Below, piece after piece: positions 60,340-64,000 of a stretch of 64,000 nucleotides of DNA. This DNA comes from Macrostomum lignano (Eukaryota). Every line of letters starts with the position of its first letter. Position 1 is the first letter of the stretch. The position numbers were made by a program, and so were the translations under genes. The notes under the pieces were generated by a model that saw only the letters and a program-made list of their open reading frames with translations, made no database searches and had not been told where the DNA came from. The stretch covers positions 62,001 to 126,000 of the forward strand of contig NIVC01002078.1 in NCBI GenBank assembly GCA_002269645.1, in the 5' to 3' direction.

Positions 60340-61790
60340 GGTAGCCCTGAAGGATTGGGACTGGGAATTTAGTCACTGTAGTGAGCTCAGGGGCGTAGCC
60401 AGAGGGGGGGCAAGGGGGCCGTGGCCACCCCCAATCACCAACTCTGGCCTTGGCGCCCCCCCCCCTAAAAGAAACTGGCGCCCCCCCCCTAAAAAGAAAC
60501 TGGCGCCCCCCCCCCCCCTATAAGAAACTGGCGCCCCCCCTAAAAGAAACTGGCGCCCCCCCCCCTATAAGAAACTGGCGCCCCCCCCTATAAGAAACTG
60601 GCGCCCCCCCTATAAGAAACTGGCGCCCCCCCTATAAGAAACTGGCGCCCCCCCCCCTAAAAGAAACTGGCGCCCCACCCCCTAAAAGAAACTGGCGCCC
60701 CCCCCTAAAAGAAACTGGCGCCCCCCTATAAGAAACTGGCGCCCCCCCCCTAAAAAACTGGCGCCCCCCTATAAGAAACTGGCGCCCCCCCCTAAAAGAA
60801 ACTGGCGCCCCCCTATAAGAAGCTGGCGCCCCCTAACTCACGGCCCCCCCAATTAAAATTCCTGGCTACGCCCCTGAGTGAGCTCTGAAGGATTGGGACT
60901 GGGAATTTAGTCACTGTAGTGAGCTCTGAAGGATTGGGACTGGGAATTTAGTCACTGTAGTGAGCTCTGAAGGTTTGCGACTGGGAATTTAGTCACTGTA
61001 GTGAGCTCTGAAGGTTTGCGACTGGGAATTTAGTCACTGTAGTGAAGCTCTGAAGGATTGGGACTGGGAATTTAGTCACTGTAGTGAGCTCTGAAGGATT
61101 GGGACTGGGAATTTAGTCACTGTAATGTAGCTCTGAAGAATTGGGACTGGGAATTTAGTCACTGTAGTGAAGCTCTGAAGGATTGGGACTGGGAATTCAG
61201 TCACTGTAGTGAAGCTCTGAAGGATTGGGACTGGGAATTTAGTCACTGTAGTGAAGCTCTGAAGGATTGGTGCTGGGAATTTAGTCACTGTAGTGAGCTC
61301 TGAAGGATTGGGACTGGGAATTTAGTCACTGTAGTGAGCTCTGAAGGATTGGGACTGGGAATTTAGTCACTGTAGTGAAGCTCTGAAGGATTGGGCTGGG
61401 AATTTAGTCACTGTAGTGAGCTCTGAAGGATTGGGAATTTAGTCACTGTAGTGAAGCCCTGAAGGACTGGGAATTTAGTCACTGTAGTGAAGCTCTGAAG
61501 GAATGGGACTGGGAATTTAGTCACTGTAGTGAAGCTCTGAAGGATTGGGACTGGGAATTTAGTCACTGTAGTGAAGCTCTGAAGGATTGGGACTGGGAAT
61601 TTAGTCACTGTAGTGAAGCTCTGAAGGATTGGACTGGGAATTTAGTCACTGTAGTGAAGCTCTGAAGGATTGGGCTGGGAATTTAGTCACTGTAGTGAAG
61701 CTCTGAAGGATTGGGCTGGGAATAGATTAACTGTAGTGAAGCCTGAACTGAAGAATTGGGCTAGGAATATATTCATTGTAGTATAGCCCT
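60340..61790. repeat. 41/42-bp satellite (GAAGGATTGGGACTGGGAATTTAGTCACTGTAGTGAGCTCT) upstream of H3.3, possibly in a 5'UTR intron
   Basis: Tandem units, with the first unit separated from the rest by a MITE. An acceptor-like CACAAG lies just upstream of the H3 ATG on minus. Confidence 0.93.
60388..60876. mobile_element. hAT-type MITE, 489 bp, inserted into the 41-bp satellite
   Basis: Perfect 15-bp TIR CAGGGGCGTAGCCAG / CTGGCTACGCCCCTG. 8-bp TSD AGTGAGCT (60380-60387 / 60877-60884). Internal AAGAAACTGGCGCCCCCC tandem repeat. Confidence 0.93.
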
Positions 61791-63439
61791 GATTAGAAAC
61801 TTGGGACTAGGTAATGTACCCTAAAGGACAAACATGTTGCATTACATCAGGAAATTTTGTAAATTTTGTGCAATAATGACATGAATTTAGCATAAAGTCG
61901 ATATTAATATACCTAAAATGATATAACTTGAATTTGCATGAATTTAAAATATTCATGATATAAAAGCACAATCAAAAAGGGCAAAAAGAAAACAAAGTGT
62001 GTAGATGTGATAATAAGAAAATTAGTAGCAAGAAAAATGGGTTCAGTATATCATTTAGTTTGACTGTTTGATGGTATAAAATGTTGTATTTTGACCATAG
62101 TTGGTTTTTTAGAAGAGCAGAAAAATGAAACATAATAAAATCTAATCAAGTAACAATGGGTAAGCATGAGGCTATGAGAAAAAATGGGGATAGACCAGAA
62201 GTAAAAAAACAATAACATTTGCATTTGCAAAAGAAAAGAAGCAAAAACAATGCAAAAGAGGGATAGAGCAGAAGACAGAATAATCTAGGAAGATCAGGAA
62301 GATTAGGCACTACAGATTCAAAGTGTAAGACAGATAGCAATAGCAAGAGACACCTAGGTGATAGGGTATTGCCTAGATTAAAAGGTTGATTAAAGAAAAG
62401 ACTATTAGAGTTTTAAAATCATCTCAATAGCTAATAGGTCTTTTTATTGTTTTCATTTATAGCATAGCCTAAGTTGTAGAATTGCCTTGTGTTCAGTTGG
62501 TTTTGGCTAATGTATTTAGACTTACATGCCTAACACCTGTCCAACCTATCCAAACCAGACGGGTGAAATGGCTGCTGACCAAGGTAAGTTGCAAAATTGA
62601 AAATGCAAAAAAATGAAAAATTGGGAGAAAGAAATAAGAGGAAGAGAAAAGGAAAAGAAAGGAAGGAGAAGAGAGAGAGAGGGGAAAGAGAAGAGAGAAG
62701 AAAGGAGAAAAAGGCAAGAAAAGTCATATACAAATTGAAAATTAAGTTGCAATTGGGGGGAACTAAGTTGCAATCGAGAGGAACCAAGTCACAATCAGGA
62801 GGAACTAAGTCGTAATTCTAGACACCACACAGGTGAAATTTTGAGATTAGGCATTTATATATTAAGACTAGCATTTAGAATAGCAATGAAGCATTTAGCC
62901 TTAATATACTAGCAATCAGTGCCCCCCCCCATTGGGGAGCCAAAAAATGCAGTAACTGTTTTTTTAATAAACTTTTTACTTTTAAAACTTTTCAAATAAA
63001 CATATAGCATCCCTTTGCATTATACCTCAGCAGTCCCTTGTAAGCCTTGACATACTAGCAGTTCCCCCACAAGCCTTAACATACCAAATTCCCCCCTTGA
63101 CAAAAAGTTGTAACAAATGTAACAAAAAGTTTTGAATAAACTACATACAGCTTCTGAGTTTAGCCTTGACATCTCATTTATTCCTCTATGAGCCTTGACA
63201 TCTCAGCTATTCCCCTCATAAGATTTGAAATCATAGTAATTCTCCCCAAGAGTCACAGCACACAGTTTCATGTCACATTTTTTATGACACTTATTTTATG
63301 TCTGACATGACATTTCTTATATTTTTGACACCATGCTTCCTTCATATCTGACATGACACTTCTTTTGTCAAGGCTTTATTCTAATTTGGAATAAACCAGA
63401 TGTTGATACTACCTGTTTAAACTACAGCTTCTCTTTGCA

Positions 63440-63660
63440 ATAACCTCAGCAATCCTTTGTGAGCCTTGAACTCTCAGCTATTCCCCTAGCAAGCCTTGAC
63501 ATCTTAGCTATTCCCATTGCAAGCCTTGATATCTTAGCTATTCCCATTGCAAGCCTTGACATCTTAGCTATTCCCATTGCAAGTCTTGATATCTCAGCTA
63601 TTCCCCTTGCAAGCCTTGACATCTTAGCTATTCCCATTGCAAGCCTTGATATCTCAACGA
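63440..63660. repeat. 30-bp minisatellite (GACATCTTAGCTATTCCCATTGCAAGCCTT) with degenerate flanking copies ~63040-63900
   Basis: Tandem units; related reverse-orientation fragments occur near 24120 and 31975. Confidence 0.88.
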
Positions 63661-64000
63661 TGCTGCCCCCTTATAAACCTTGAAATCTAAAAAATCCCTA
63701 TCAATGTTGAAACCCCCTAAACCTTAACTATAAATCCAAACCTGACCTAAACCTAAACCTAGCCCTAAAGCCTTAAATTTGCAGCAATTTTTCTTCCCTA
63801 AGCTTTGACATTTTAGTGATTCCTCCCTTTACATCTTTACATCACAGCACTATAGCAATTCCCTCCAAGCCTTGACATCATAGCAATTCCCAAATAAATC
63901 TTTCAACTATGACATGACTCTTCTTTTATGCCTACATAATGCTTCTTTTCTTTTTGACATGACACTTCTTTTATTAGCGCCTCCCCCCATAGCAACACTT

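Overview
Animal (metazoan) genomic DNA; the gene style and repeat content suggest a free-living flatworm such as Macrostomum, but that is inference only. I reconstructed the genes by hand from GT-AG sites and checked reading-frame phases. They are: the 5' part of HID1 (minus), a 3-exon ankyrin-repeat plus Mab-21/cGAS-like nucleotidyltransferase (cGLR) gene (minus, 1146 aa predicted), a 7-exon LMTK/AATK-like membrane kinase with a catalytic Lys-to-Arg change (plus), a 9-exon CLUH/clueless gene (minus) and an H3.3-type histone (minus). Mobile DNA includes an apparently intact THAP/P-element transposon (30-bp perfect TIRs, 8-bp TSD) in HID1 intron 1, an internally deleted Ty3/Gypsy element with a canonical -1 frameshift signal, a mariner relic and several MITEs. 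There is also a frameshifted coiled-coil/BEN-like ORF. Most introns of HID1, the kinase and CLUH are filled by their own minisatellite. The strongest candidate for a novel system is the ankyrin-cGLR fusion with an intact catalytic motif.
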